Source of the DNA: Candidatus Omnitrophota bacterium
GTDB taxonomy: Bacteria; Omnitrophota; Gorgyraeia; Tantalellales; Tantalellaceae
Direction: 5' to 3'
Assembly (NCBI GenBank): GCA_015231405.1
Contig: JADGBR010000001.1
Coordinates: forward strand, 155,964-219,963
DNA length: 64,000 nucleotides
Numbering within the stretch: position 1 is the stretch's first letter; each line of letters opens with the position of its first letter. The translations under genes were made by a program, and so were the position numbers. Positions 38,111-48,129 of the stretch are shown one piece after another. The notes under the pieces were generated by a model that saw only the letters and a program-made list of their open reading frames with translations, did no database searches and was not told where the DNA came from.

Positions 38111-40834
38111 ATGTTAATACGAGACAAAGTGACCATGCTTTTTCTAGGCTTATTTTTGGGCTGTGCCGATCTTCACTCTGCGGAAATGGCAGACGATACG
38201 AAGATGGATATGGGACAGGTATCGAGGTCCATTTATGAAGATGTCAAAAAAGAGATAGAAAAAGAATCGGCACAAGGATATAGCGATATCTCCTCTTATA
38301 TCGATGCCGGACTACTATACAGGGAAGAAGGTGAGATCGGGAAAGCCGCTGAAGCCTTTGATAAAGCAAAAAGCGTTAACCCTTTAGATCCGAGGTCATA
38401 TTACTTCAAGATGGTCGTTTCCGGGGAAAAGGAAAAATATAATAATATGATCGAGGGCTTATCCGATAGAATAGATAAAGAGCCTGTTAATGCTGACCTA
38501 TATGTTGAGAGGGGTGTCTTATATGGATTGAACGGGTTAAAGGGGAATGCACTGGAGGATTTTAAAAAGGCGATCGAGATAGATAACACCCATGCCGATG
38601 CGTTTATGCAAAGGGGTATATGTCATGCCCGGCTGGGTGACTATAAACAAGCGCTTAAAGACCTCGATATGAGCATTAACTTGGACCCGGGTAAAACGGC
38701 CTATTATTTGTATCGTGGTTTTACAAAGGAAGAATTAGGGGATCATGACGGGGCTATCGGTGATTATTCCAGGGGCATAGAGATCGATCCGGATCTGCCT
38801 TATATATATGTGGATAGGGCGATTGTATACGGGAAGAAAGGTCAATATCAGGAATCCCTGAGAGATCTCGCGATAAGCAGGAAGCTTGATCCGGAAAATG
38901 TCTTTACATTGCTAACTTACGGCGTGATTCTGCTTGTTAAAAAAGACTATGCGGACGCACTCCCTGTTTTTAATGAAATTCTTGAAAAGGCTCCGGGATA
39001 TGATCTGGCTTACTATCATCGGGGGGCGGTTTATTCCTTCCTCGGTGAATACGGTAAGGCAATGGATGATTTCAGCAGATCATTGGAACTAGTACCCATG
39101 ATCGATGATACAAAAAAGTTCCGTTCAATTGTCCGCAATGCGAGAGGTTCCCTGTATGAATTGCAAGGTGAAATTGACAAGGCGGTTATTGACTATACAG
39201 AAGCCGAAGAGTTATGGCCTCGAGCCCCAAAACGAATGTTGACCATAGGGATAATAAACGACAATACATACAAATTTGAACTTGCCTTATCTGAAGTCAA
39301 CAACAGAATATATGAGGATCCCCAGAATCCGGCGCATTATATTTTTAAAGCGATATTGTATCTTGATACGGGCAATGCCGAAGAGGCCTTGACGCAGCTT
39401 GGCAATGCGGCGCAATTAATTTCGAAAGACCCTGTCCTTTATTATCTGCGATCGCGCGCATATGCAATGATGAACGATATGGGTAACGCCATTTCAGTTT
39501 TACAGGAAGCTGTCGGGTTTTTTCCGAAACACCCGTTACTACGAACAACGCTGGGCGCCGCTTATGCAGTAGCGAGGCAACCTAAAAAGGCATTAGCGGA
39601 ATTCGGCAAGGCGATTGAACTGGACGCTGAACTTGTTTGGGCATATTTTGAGAGAGGGACATTATATCTTGAGTTGAGCAGGCATGATGAAGGTATGGAT
39701 GATTTTACCGAGGCGTTGAGGATCGATCCTGATTGCGCTGAAGCGCTGCTCAATAGGGGCTGTTTGTACAACAGGGTGAAGAAATACAAACTGGCCATAC
39801 AGGATCTGACACGGTATATAAGGTTGCGCCCGAAATCCGCTTATGGAGCCTACTTTAACAGAGGCAACTCCTACTGGCATCTGGGCGAAAAAGAACAGGC
39901 CCTCCGGGACTATACAAAGGCGCTTGAGTTCGATATATCCGCCGGACCTGACGATACATATGTTAAAACCCTCCAAAATAGAGGTGTGTTATACAATGAG
40001 ATCGGGCAGCCGGAAAAAGGACTAGCGGACCTGAATAAGGCTATCAGCGCGTCGCCGGGCAACAAGCATCTATATCTCAATAGGGGGAATAGTTTTCAAG
40101 GTTTGGGCCGAATGGAAGAGGCATTGAAAGATCTTACAAAAGCTATTGAGTTGGATCCGGAGTTCGGCGAGGCGTATGGGAATAGGGGTATTGTTTATGA
40201 TCATTTGGGGCAGGCGAAAAAAGCTTTGGCTGATTACGAAAAGGCGTTAGGGTTTACTCCTGATAAAGGGAAAGTCTACTATAATGTCGCGTTAGTATAT
40301 GCTAATTCAGGGGATAATCAAAAAGCGATCGATCTTTATACGAAAGCTCTCGAGGCGGACCCCCCTTTCATCGACGCCTATATCAACAGGGGTGTCGGAT
40401 ACAGGATGATAGGGCAAATAGATAAGGCATTCGATGATTTTAATAAAGCGATACTATTGTCACCTGAAAGGCCGGAGTACTATTATAGCCGAGGGTCAGA
40501 ATACTGTGGTATCGGGGAGATAGACAAAGGGATGCGGGACCTTGCCAAAGCAATCGAGCTCAAACCCGACTATTTTGAGGCCTATTATAACCGGGCAAGT
40601 TACTGTTTTGATCTAGGTGAATATGGGCAAGCGATCCGGGACACCGATAAAGCGATCAGTATAGCCCCTCAATTGGGTGTCGCGTATGATCTGAAAGGAA
40701 AAGCTTTGGAAAAGCTGGGGAAGGACAAAGAGGCTCTCTCAGTTTACAAGTCGTTCCTGAATAATGTGAAAGACCTGGATGAAGAGGACAAGCGGAATAT
40801 CAGAGCATGGATCAAACGTCTTGAGAATAAGTGA
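38111..40834 (+). CDS. large TPR-repeat lipoprotein
   Basis: Lipobox-like LFLGLFLGCADL. At least 15 canonical TPR units (W-LG-Y-A-F-A-P pattern) across 907 aa. Confidence 0.8.
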   Translation: MLIRDKVTMLFLGLFLGCADLHSAEMADDTKMDMGQVSRSIYEDVKKEIEKESAQGYSDISSYIDAGLLYREEGEIGKAAEAFDKAKSVNPLDPRSYYFKMVVSGEKEKYNNMIEGLSDRIDKEPVNADLYVERGVLYGLNGLKGNALEDFKKAIEIDNTHADAFMQRGICHARLGDYKQALKDLDMSINLDPGKTAYYLYRGFTKEELGDHDGAIGDYSRGIEIDPDLPYIYVDRAIVYGKKGQYQESLRDLAISRKLDPENVFTLLTYGVILLVKKDYADALPVFNEILEKAPGYDLAYYHRGAVYSFLGEYGKAMDDFSRSLELVPMIDDTKKFRSIVRNARGSLYELQGEIDKAVIDYTEAEELWPRAPKRMLTIGIINDNTYKFELALSEVNNRIYEDPQNPAHYIFKAILYLDTGNAEEALTQLGNAAQLISKDPVLYYLRSRAYAMMNDMGNAISVLQEAVGFFPKHPLLRTTLGAAYAVARQPKKALAEFGKAIELDAELVWAYFERGTLYLELSRHDEGMDDFTEALRIDPDCAEALLNRGCLYNRVKKYKLAIQDLTRYIRLRPKSAYGAYFNRGNSYWHLGEKEQALRDYTKALEFDISAGPDDTYVKTLQNRGVLYNEIGQPEKGLADLNKAISASPGNKHLYLNRGNSFQGLGRMEEALKDLTKAIELDPEFGEAYGNRGIVYDHLGQAKKALADYEKALGFTPDKGKVYYNVALVYANSGDNQKAIDLYTKALEADPPFIDAYINRGVGYRMIGQIDKAFDDFNKAILLSPERPEYYYSRGSEYCGIGEIDKGMRDLAKAIELKPDYFEAYYNRASYCFDLGEYGQAIRDTDKAISIAPQLGVAYDLKGKALEKLGKDKEALSVYKSFLNNVKDLDEEDKRNIRAWIKRLENK

Positions 40835-40851
40835 TGGAGTGCGGCCGAGCG

Positions 40852-40913
40852 TAAATATTCCCAAAAAAATGAAAGATCTTTCATATTGAAGAAATGAATC
40901 CGGTGTGCGAAAA
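40852..40913 (+). repeat. conserved ~62-bp upstream element (copy B), 12 nt before the ATG of gene 40925
   Basis: ccaaaaaaatgaaagatctttcatattgaagaaatgaatccggtgtgcgaaaattacgaacga; see copy A. Confidence 0.6.
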
Positions 40914-40924
40914 TTACGAACGAT

Positions 40925-41326
40925 ATGATACCGTTAAAGGAAAAAAATATTTGGATCTATGTTTTCATATTGGTCTGGGCCTCAATATGGGGGCGTAACC
41001 TTTTTGTGGATATCAAAAAGGATTGGCCGGATACGAAAAAACTTTTCGGACGTCCAGTCGAGGACAAGTGGGAATATGTTTTCGGCGGTGACTTATATCT
41101 CTTCCTGCAAAACGTAAAAAAGAACGTTCCAGAGGATTCATCCTTCACTCTGATAGACGGGCTCGAACATTTTAAACGGGTAAGGGCCGAGTATTACCTT
41201 TATCCGAGAACGGTAAGTCCCGTTGCCGGATATATATGCGTTTACGGCAGGGAATATACAGTAGAAGAGGGGTGGAAAACTCTTTATAACCGCGACCGAA
41301 AGATGATATTAAGGAAAATGACGTGA
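40925..41326 (+). CDS. hypothetical membrane-anchored protein
   Basis: N-terminal TM IWIYVFILVWASIWG. Stop overlaps the next start. Confidence 0.4.
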   Translation: MIPLKEKNIWIYVFILVWASIWGRNLFVDIKKDWPDTKKLFGRPVEDKWEYVFGGDLYLFLQNVKKNVPEDSSFTLIDGLEHFKRVRAEYYLYPRTVSPVAGYICVYGREYTVEEGWKTLYNRDRKMILRKMT

Positions 41327-42726
41327 CTCTGATAAAAGTCCTGTTGGCTTTGTATCTGGCCCTGGTATCCGGTTACAGTATTCTGGCGATCTTCAGGAAA
41401 AGGCGGATATTTTCTTCGATATCGGGGGCCGCGTTAGCGTTCGGTCTCGGTATAGGGGCAGTTTCCGTCATACAGGTCATGTTTCTCTCCTTGTCCATTA
41501 AGATCACTCCGCTAACCATGATAGCGGCTTTTTTTGTTGTTTCGTTATCTACATTGCCGATCACGTTGAAAGAAAGAAAGCTCCCGGGGGAGAAGGAGAG
41601 ATCCCGAAAACCCGGAATTTTGCCTTTGATCATCGCACTCTTACTCGCCGTACAATTGGTTTGGATAATAATAAAGACATTTAATTATCCGATAATCGAT
41701 GATGACGGGGTATGGCAATGGGGATTGAAAGCAAAAATAATATACTATTCGAACGAGAGGGGCGAAAGCCTTAAAGAGATAGCGCCGAAAATGAGCTTAA
41801 CTTCTAATGGTAACCATCCATTGCTTATACCCCTCGCCGAACATTACGTCAATGTGTTCGCGGGGGAGTGGAACGACCTCTATTTTAAGGCCATCTTCCC
41901 TCTGTTCTATTTAGCCCTTCTCGGGATATTTTACGGTTATTTGAGGAGGTTTACAGGGGTTAATTACGCGTCAGTATGCGCTTTTCTTCTTGCCTCATTG
42001 CCGTTCATGGCGAAACTCGCTACATGGGGAGTTCCGGACATAGCTCTTGCTTATTACCATTTTGCGGGTTTTGTTCTCATTCTTCTATGGATGAAGGACA
42101 GGGATACGGGGCTTTTAGTTTTATCCGCTATATTTTCTGCCCTTTCAGTATGGACGAAGAACGAAGGATACCCTTCAGCTGTTATAAACGCGGCGGTTGT
42201 CATTTTGTTCCTTTTTACCGGGGGGAGGGACGTCGGAGCGGTGAAAATGAAAAAAACGGCGGTTGTATTTTTGTACACAGCGGCGGTCATGGCCGCTATA
42301 CTACTTGTATGGTGTTACCAGAAGTCCACCGGAGTGTCGGACCTCATAGTCAATGGCCGTACATTCATCCTCGAAAGGGTGAATGAAAATACAGGGAGGA
42401 TACCGTATATCTTTAATCAGTTCCAGAAACAGATGTTTGGCGCTGTGAATAAATGGGACCTAGTGGGCTACTTATTTGTGTTTTCTATCTTCTATCAACT
42501 TATAAAGAGGCAGAAGGGGCCCGAAGGATACATTTTATTCGTCATCATTTTTAAGATCGCGGTATATGCCGGCGTATATTATATTTCGCCGCTTGATGTG
42601 AAAGACCATATCGACACATCACTATACAGAATATATCTGCATATAGTTCCGTTCATCCTCTTGTATTCGGCCCTTGCTTTAAAGGATATAGCGGCCGGAC
42701 TTACTGATATTCCTCATCCTCGATAG
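41323..42726 (+). CDS. polytopic membrane protein, possibly ArnT/PMT-like (GT39/GT83-type) glycosyltransferase
   Basis: 467 aa, about 11-12 predicted TM helices with periplasmic loops. Architecture is reminiscent of GT-C glycosyltransferases; no catalytic motif verified. Confidence 0.4.
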   Translation: MTLIKVLLALYLALVSGYSILAIFRKRRIFSSISGAALAFGLGIGAVSVIQVMFLSLSIKITPLTMIAAFFVVSLSTLPITLKERKLPGEKERSRKPGILPLIIALLLAVQLVWIIIKTFNYPIIDDDGVWQWGLKAKIIYYSNERGESLKEIAPKMSLTSNGNHPLLIPLAEHYVNVFAGEWNDLYFKAIFPLFYLALLGIFYGYLRRFTGVNYASVCAFLLASLPFMAKLATWGVPDIALAYYHFAGFVLILLWMKDRDTGLLVLSAIFSALSVWTKNEGYPSAVINAAVVILFLFTGGRDVGAVKMKKTAVVFLYTAAVMAAILLVWCYQKSTGVSDLIVNGRTFILERVNENTGRIPYIFNQFQKQMFGAVNKWDLVGYLFVFSIFYQLIKRQKGPEGYILFVIIFKIAVYAGVYYISPLDVKDHIDTSLYRIYLHIVPFILLYSALALKDIAAGLTDIPHPR

Positions 42727-43084
42727 CGTTCCTGATATATTTAAGAATTTTGGGTTTTCCTTTTGCATCTATCAATATTCCGATAGCGTCTATCCGGCAT
42801 TGCGAATCGAACAGCTCCTTTTCGGACATGTAATATTTACAGCTGTTAATAATATGACGTTCTTTTCTTTTGTCGATAGAATGGAACGGGTCGCCATATA
42901 TGTCTGTGATCCGGGTCTTGACCTCGATAAAGACAGTGGTGTTATTCTTAGCCGCGATTATGTCTAACTCCCCATAGGGGGTCCGGAAATTTGTATCAAT
43001 TATCCGGAACCCCCTGGAGACGAGGTAGTCGCGCGCAAGCGATTCTCCGATCGCTCCTGTTTCGCAATTAGCGCGGCTGTCTAT
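42701..43084 (-). CDS. YraN-family (UPF0102) endonuclease-like protein; no canonical start codon
   Basis: Translation ...GESLARDYLVSRGFRIIDTNFRTPYGELDIIAAKNNTTVFIEVKTR... matches the YraN core. The frame opens immediately after the spoVG TGA and has no in-frame ATG/GTG/TTG before the conserved N-terminus. Confidence 0.5.
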   Translation of the reverse strand: MDSRANCETGAIGESLARDYLVSRGFRIIDTNFRTPYGELDIIAAKNNTTVFIEVKTRITDIYGDPFHSIDKRKERHIINSCKYYMSEKELFDSQCRIDAIGILIDAKGKPKILKYIRNAIEDEEYQ

Positions 43085-43345
43085 TCAATTTTCGGACCCT
43101 TTGAATTCTTCCAGTACAAAAGACTGAAGCTCCTTACGCGCTTCCTGTGACAATGGGTGAAAGGTATCGTACCATTTACCGTCTTTGCCTTTTGCCTGAG
43201 GCATGGAGAGGAATAAGCCATCTTTCCCTTCAACTATCCTGAGACCCTTTACGACGTATTCGTCCATGAGCTTGATGTCGCAAAAAGCCTTGGTGCTAGC
43301 GTTGCCGTTCAATTTGTGCATCCTTTCGACCGAAACATTTTTCAT
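43085..43345 (-). CDS. spoVG: septation protein SpoVG
   Basis: Strong collinear similarity to SpoVG (KAFCDIKLMDEYVVKGLRIVEGKDGLFLSMPQ...WYDTFHPLSQEARKELQSFVLEEF). AGGAGGAGA SD upstream on the minus strand. Confidence 0.85.
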   Translation of the reverse strand: MKNVSVERMHKLNGNASTKAFCDIKLMDEYVVKGLRIVEGKDGLFLSMPQAKGKDGKWYDTFHPLSQEARKELQSFVLEEFKGSEN

Positions 43346-43467
43346 TTCTCCTCCTTTTTTTTGAAATATTTTTCAAAACATCCTACACGTATATAGACAC
43401 AGGTAACGGGAAAAATATTTCAAAAAAAGAAAAAATAATTAAAAAAGAGATAAAAAAGCGAGATGTG

Positions 43468-44181
43468 TTATCTTGCAGTAAAAGAGGCTATGGCGTCTTT
43501 TTGGGTGAGTAGGGTTATGCCGCTATTCTGGATATGATCGAGATGTGCCATAAAAATATCGATGTGAGTGAAAAAACCGTAAGGGGCGTCTCGATGGGCG
43601 CTTTTGGTGTTCTTGGCGGAAACAAGGTGAAATACCTCGATTAACCAGACATTTTTATCCAGGATCGAGTCAATATACCCATTCAATGTCGGTAGGTCAG
43701 TGGAGGTGGTTATGGCTGTACCTGTTATCGAGAACGGGTCATTCACAGGTAAAGGATTTACCGAAAAAGTATCAGAAGTGATCCTTGAGGATCGATAATG
43801 CTCCGAAGCCAGCCCCCTCAGTTCGGCGTTATTATTTCGCTCGATAAAAGGGAACACGAAAGATACCGGGGTTATCCCGAGACTATTTTGGAATACTACC
43901 TTAGGCGAGCTGAGCTGGTCAAGGACGGCCTGTTTCCCGCCAGTATTAAAAAGGCTTAGAAGATTTACATGCGAACCGGTATGAGCCGCAATTTCGTGTC
44001 CGTTAGATTGAAGATACAGGATATCATTTTTATCCATGACCGGACGGTTTTCAAGAATGCCGGATATGTGATCGGAAGGTATAGCGAAAGTGGCTTTGAC
44101 GCCTCTATTAATGAGATGTTCGGCTGTGTTTGAATAAGTATCTTTATACCCGTCATCAAAAGTTATGGTTAATATCGACAC
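43468..44181 (-). CDS. polysaccharide deacetylase (NodB/CE4)
   Basis: ITFDDGYKDTY, HEIAAHTGSHVNL motifs. Confidence 0.7.
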   Translation of the reverse strand: MSILTITFDDGYKDTYSNTAEHLINRGVKATFAIPSDHISGILENRPVMDKNDILYLQSNGHEIAAHTGSHVNLLSLFNTGGKQAVLDQLSSPKVVFQNSLGITPVSFVFPFIERNNNAELRGLASEHYRSSRITSDTFSVNPLPVNDPFSITGTAITTSTDLPTLNGYIDSILDKNVWLIEVFHLVSAKNTKSAHRDAPYGFFTHIDIFMAHLDHIQNSGITLLTQKDAIASFTAR

Positions 44182-44354
44182 GCCAGCATTATAGCAGAAG
44201 ATTTAAACAATAAAGTTAATTATTTATTGGTTATTAATTCCGTAGGTGTGAGGCCGTAAATACGGTTTTTAAAACGCCACTTTTATACTATAATACCATT
44301 CGACCTTCGACCATCCGCCTTCAACCTTTAAACGATCGAAGGGCAGTTGATTTT

Positions 44355-46097
44355 ATGACAAATAAACAGATATCTGATATATTCGTACAGATCGCCGATA
44401 TTCTCGAGATCAAGGGGGAGAATATATTCAGGGTTCGCGCTTATCGGCAGGCGGCGGCCAATATCCTTACTTATGCGAGGCAGGCTTCGGATATTTGCAG
44501 GGAAGATCCTGAACTTTTGCTTTTGGTCCCAGGGATAGGGAAGGACCTCAAAGAAAAAATAGTTGAGATGGTGACGACCGGCAAACTTAAAAAACTGGAC
44601 GAGCTTTCAAAGGAATTCTCACCCGGGTTCCTGGAACTTCTGAACCTGTCGGGGCTGGGGCCGAAGACGCTCAAGAAGCTGAAAGACGAACTTGGTATAG
44701 CTGACATAAATGATCTTAAAAAAGCCTGCGAGGAGGGGAAGATAGCGTCTCTGGCGGGCATGGGTGAGAAGACGGAGGAAAAGCTCCTCGAGGCTATCGA
44801 ATATCACAAAAAGACGGAAGGGAGGATGCTTTTTCAGGAGGCGTATTCTCTGTCAGGAGATGTTTTGGCTTATCTGAAAAGATCGGGATATTTCAAAAAG
44901 CTTGAGGCCGCTGGAAGTCTCCGTAGAGGCAAGGAAACCGTGGGTGATATAGATATCCTGGCCGTCTCATCGGAGAGCCAGAAAGCCATGCAATTTTTTA
45001 CCCTGTATCCGGGGATCAGGAATGTTATCTCCAAAGGGAAGAAGAAGACCAGTATAGCTCTGGAGAACGGCGTACAGATCGACCTCCGGATGATCGAAGA
45101 TAAATGTTTCGGGTCGGCACTGGTCTATTTTACGGGATCCCAGGCGCATAATATCAAACTCCGGAAAATAGCGAAGAAGGACGGCAAAAAGGTCAGCGAA
45201 TACGGAGTATTCAGGATAAACCCGGGCTCCGGGAAAGGAACGGCGATCGCTTACCGTACCGAAGAGGATGTTTATAAAAGCCTGGGTATGGCATGGATCC
45301 CGCCGGAGCTGCGTGAGGACTCCGGGGAGGTCGAGACGGCGCTGGAAGGGAAGCTGCCCGGTTCTCTTATAAAATTGACCGACATCAAAGGGGATCTCCA
45401 TGTTCACACCAACGAGACAGACGGACGGAATACCATCGAAGAAATGGCCTTAGCCGCGAAGAATAAGGGATATGAGTATATCGCTATAACCGATCATTCA
45501 AAACTTGTGGCGGTCGCTAAAGGGATGGATGAAACGCGTTTATTAAAACATATTGACCGGATAAGGGACGCGGATAATAGGATAAAAGGAATAAAGATAC
45601 TTGTTGGGGTTGAAGTTGATATCCTTAAGAACGGAGAACTTGATTTTAGCGATAGTTTCCTCAAGGAACTGGATATCGTTATCGCGGCCGTTCATTCCAA
45701 TTTCTCAATGGACATAAATACCCAGACGGACAGGATCCTTAGAGCCCTCGATAATAAATTTGTCAATATACTCGCCCATCCTTCGGGTCGGCTCATAACG
45801 AAGAGGAGCCCGCTGGAACTGGATATGGATACGGTTTTCAGGAGGGCTAAAGAGAACGGCGTTATTCTCGAGGTTAACACGCACGGGGAGCGGGTAGACC
45901 TTTCCGATGTCAACTCGAGGCGGGCTGCTGGGATCGGCGTGAAACTTGCTATAAATACCGATTCACACGGGGTTGAACAACTGGACCAGATGATGTTCGG
46001 CGTGATATCCGCCCGAAGGGGCTGGATCAAGAGGGAAGATGTCGTCAATACTCTCCCATTGCCTCGGATGCTCGCCATTTTAAGGAAAAAGGGTTAA
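44355..46097 (+). CDS. polX: DNA polymerase X family protein with C-terminal PHP domain
   Basis: Pol-beta-like N-terminus (ISDIFVQIADILEIKGENIFRVRAYRQAA, HhH motifs, GSLRRGKETVGDIDIL nucleotidyltransferase). PHP domain (GDLHVHTNETDG ... HS). Confidence 0.85.
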   Translation: MTNKQISDIFVQIADILEIKGENIFRVRAYRQAAANILTYARQASDICREDPELLLLVPGIGKDLKEKIVEMVTTGKLKKLDELSKEFSPGFLELLNLSGLGPKTLKKLKDELGIADINDLKKACEEGKIASLAGMGEKTEEKLLEAIEYHKKTEGRMLFQEAYSLSGDVLAYLKRSGYFKKLEAAGSLRRGKETVGDIDILAVSSESQKAMQFFTLYPGIRNVISKGKKKTSIALENGVQIDLRMIEDKCFGSALVYFTGSQAHNIKLRKIAKKDGKKVSEYGVFRINPGSGKGTAIAYRTEEDVYKSLGMAWIPPELREDSGEVETALEGKLPGSLIKLTDIKGDLHVHTNETDGRNTIEEMALAAKNKGYEYIAITDHSKLVAVAKGMDETRLLKHIDRIRDADNRIKGIKILVGVEVDILKNGELDFSDSFLKELDIVIAAVHSNFSMDINTQTDRILRALDNKFVNILAHPSGRLITKRSPLELDMDTVFRRAKENGVILEVNTHGERVDLSDVNSRRAAGIGVKLAINTDSHGVEQLDQMMFGVISARRGWIKREDVVNTLPLPRMLAILRKKG

Positions 46098-46109
46098 AAA
46101 GGGTCATAG

Positions 46110-48092
46110 ATGGTCAATATTGCGAAACGAATAGCGGAATTGCGGAAAGAGATAAAAAAACACAACGATCTATATTACGCGAAAGGAAAACCGGTCGTTT
46201 CAGATAGCGAATATGACCTGATGGTGCGGGAGCTGAGAGAATTGGAGAAGGCACATCCCGAGTTCCTGACAGCTGATTCTCCCACACAAAAAGTCGGGGC
46301 ACCTCTACGCTCCACCTTTGCCAAGATAGAACACGCATCTCCTATGCTCAGCCTCGAAAGCATCTATACCGATGAGGAATTACTTAAGTTCGATAAGACC
46401 TCAAGTGAAGACCTTGAGGTTCAACATATAGAGTACGTCGCCGAACCAAAACTTGACGGTTTCAGCGTGGAACTTGTCTACGAGAAAGGAACATTCGTCC
46501 GCGGATCGACCAGGGGCGACGGCTATATGGGCGAGGATGTCACGAATAACCTTAAAGCGATAAAGAACGTTCCGGCGGAATTAAAAGGGGCTAAACCACC
46601 GGCGTTATTGGCTGTCCGGGGAGAGGTCCTCATGCATATCGGCGATTTTCAGGAGCTGAATAAGGTCCAGTCGGCTGCCGGACGGGATGTATTCGCTAAC
46701 CCGCGTAACGCGGCGGCCGGAGCCGTACGGAACCTCGATCCGGGTGTGACACAGTCCCGGAACCTGGATATCTATTGTTACGGCCTTCTGGCGTATAGCG
46801 GCAAGATGCCTTCCACTCATCTTGAGACGATAGAGCTTCTGGAAAGATCCGGACTCAAAACTGCCCCCGGCGCAAGGCTTTGCCGTACAGCGGACGAAGC
46901 GATCAAATATCACCATGATCTCGAGAAAAAAAGGGACGATCTTGACTATGAACTGGACGGCGTAGTGATCAAAATTAACAGTCTCGAATACCAGGACAGG
47001 CTCGGGATGAGGACCACTAATCCGCGTTGGGCTGTCGCTTACAAATTTGAGGCCAGGAAAGAAGTGACGAGGGTAGAAGATATAGTGGTCCAGGTAGGAA
47101 GGACGGGGGTCCTTACTCCAGTGGCGCTACTTCAACCGGTCGAGGTGGGGGGCGTAACCATATCCAGGGCGACGCTGCACAATATGGATGAGATCGAGCG
47201 GCTTGGGGTCCAGGTGGGTGACCATGTCAAGGTCGAGAGGGCCGGCGACGTTATACCTAAAGTTGTGGAAGTTATCCGCGATAAACGCTCCGGATCGGAA
47301 CGGTCTTTCAGCATGCCGTTAAAATGTCCCAGCTGCGGGACGCAGGTAGAGAAAGAGGACGTCCATTACAGGTGCCCGGCCGGACTAGGTTGCCCGGCGC
47401 AGGTGAAAGAATCAATGACCCATTACGCTGCCAAGGACGCCGTGGACATCGACGGGTTTTCCGATAGGACCGTCGAGCAGCTTTTCGCGGAAGGCCTTAT
47501 ATCGGGCATATCGGATATATACGGGCTGAAAAGGGATGACCTCTTAAAGCTTGACGGGTGGAAAGATAAAAAAACGGATAATATCCTTTCGGCAATAGAG
47601 AGGTCAAGGGAAGTAACGCTCGACCGTTTTATTTTCGGGCTTGGGATAAGAAAGGTGGGAAAACATATAGCGGCGATACTAATGAAAAAATTCGGTACTC
47701 TGGATAAATTGAGGAAAGCCTCCGTCGATGATCTTTTGGGAGTGAACGAGGTCGGGCCGGAGATAGCCGGAAGCATATCTGATTTTTTCAGGAATCCCGT
47801 GAATGCGACGGAGATAGATAAACTTATGTCGATGGGCGTTCGCGTTATCGAGAAGGAGATAAAGGGCGAACTTCTCGGCAAGAAGATAGTATTCACCGGT
47901 TCTTTAAATAAATTATCACGATCAGAAGCCAAGAAACTGGTAGAGGATAACGGCGGGGAGCCTATTTCCACCGTTACTTCAGATACTGACTTCGTGGTTG
48001 CCGGCGATAAAGCCGGATCCAAGCTGGAAAAGGCCCGAAAAGCAGGGATACAGGTCATATCAGAGGAAGAATTCTTAAGGTTGCTGGCGTAG
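46110..48092 (+). CDS. ligA: NAD-dependent DNA ligase LigA
   Basis: KxDG adenylation motif (EPKLDGFSV). OB fold. Zn finger (CPSCGTQVEKEDVHYRCPAGLGCPAQ). HhH. C-terminal BRCT (KIVFTGSL). Confidence 0.95.
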   Translation: MVNIAKRIAELRKEIKKHNDLYYAKGKPVVSDSEYDLMVRELRELEKAHPEFLTADSPTQKVGAPLRSTFAKIEHASPMLSLESIYTDEELLKFDKTSSEDLEVQHIEYVAEPKLDGFSVELVYEKGTFVRGSTRGDGYMGEDVTNNLKAIKNVPAELKGAKPPALLAVRGEVLMHIGDFQELNKVQSAAGRDVFANPRNAAAGAVRNLDPGVTQSRNLDIYCYGLLAYSGKMPSTHLETIELLERSGLKTAPGARLCRTADEAIKYHHDLEKKRDDLDYELDGVVIKINSLEYQDRLGMRTTNPRWAVAYKFEARKEVTRVEDIVVQVGRTGVLTPVALLQPVEVGGVTISRATLHNMDEIERLGVQVGDHVKVERAGDVIPKVVEVIRDKRSGSERSFSMPLKCPSCGTQVEKEDVHYRCPAGLGCPAQVKESMTHYAAKDAVDIDGFSDRTVEQLFAEGLISGISDIYGLKRDDLLKLDGWKDKKTDNILSAIERSREVTLDRFIFGLGIRKVGKHIAAILMKKFGTLDKLRKASVDDLLGVNEVGPEIAGSISDFFRNPVNATEIDKLMSMGVRVIEKEIKGELLGKKIVFTGSLNKLSRSEAKKLVEDNGGEPISTVTSDTDFVVAGDKAGSKLEKARKAGIQVISEEEFLRLLA

Positions 48093-48129
48093 GGCATGGG
48101 GTAGGGGGAAAGAGGGATCATAGCTTATT

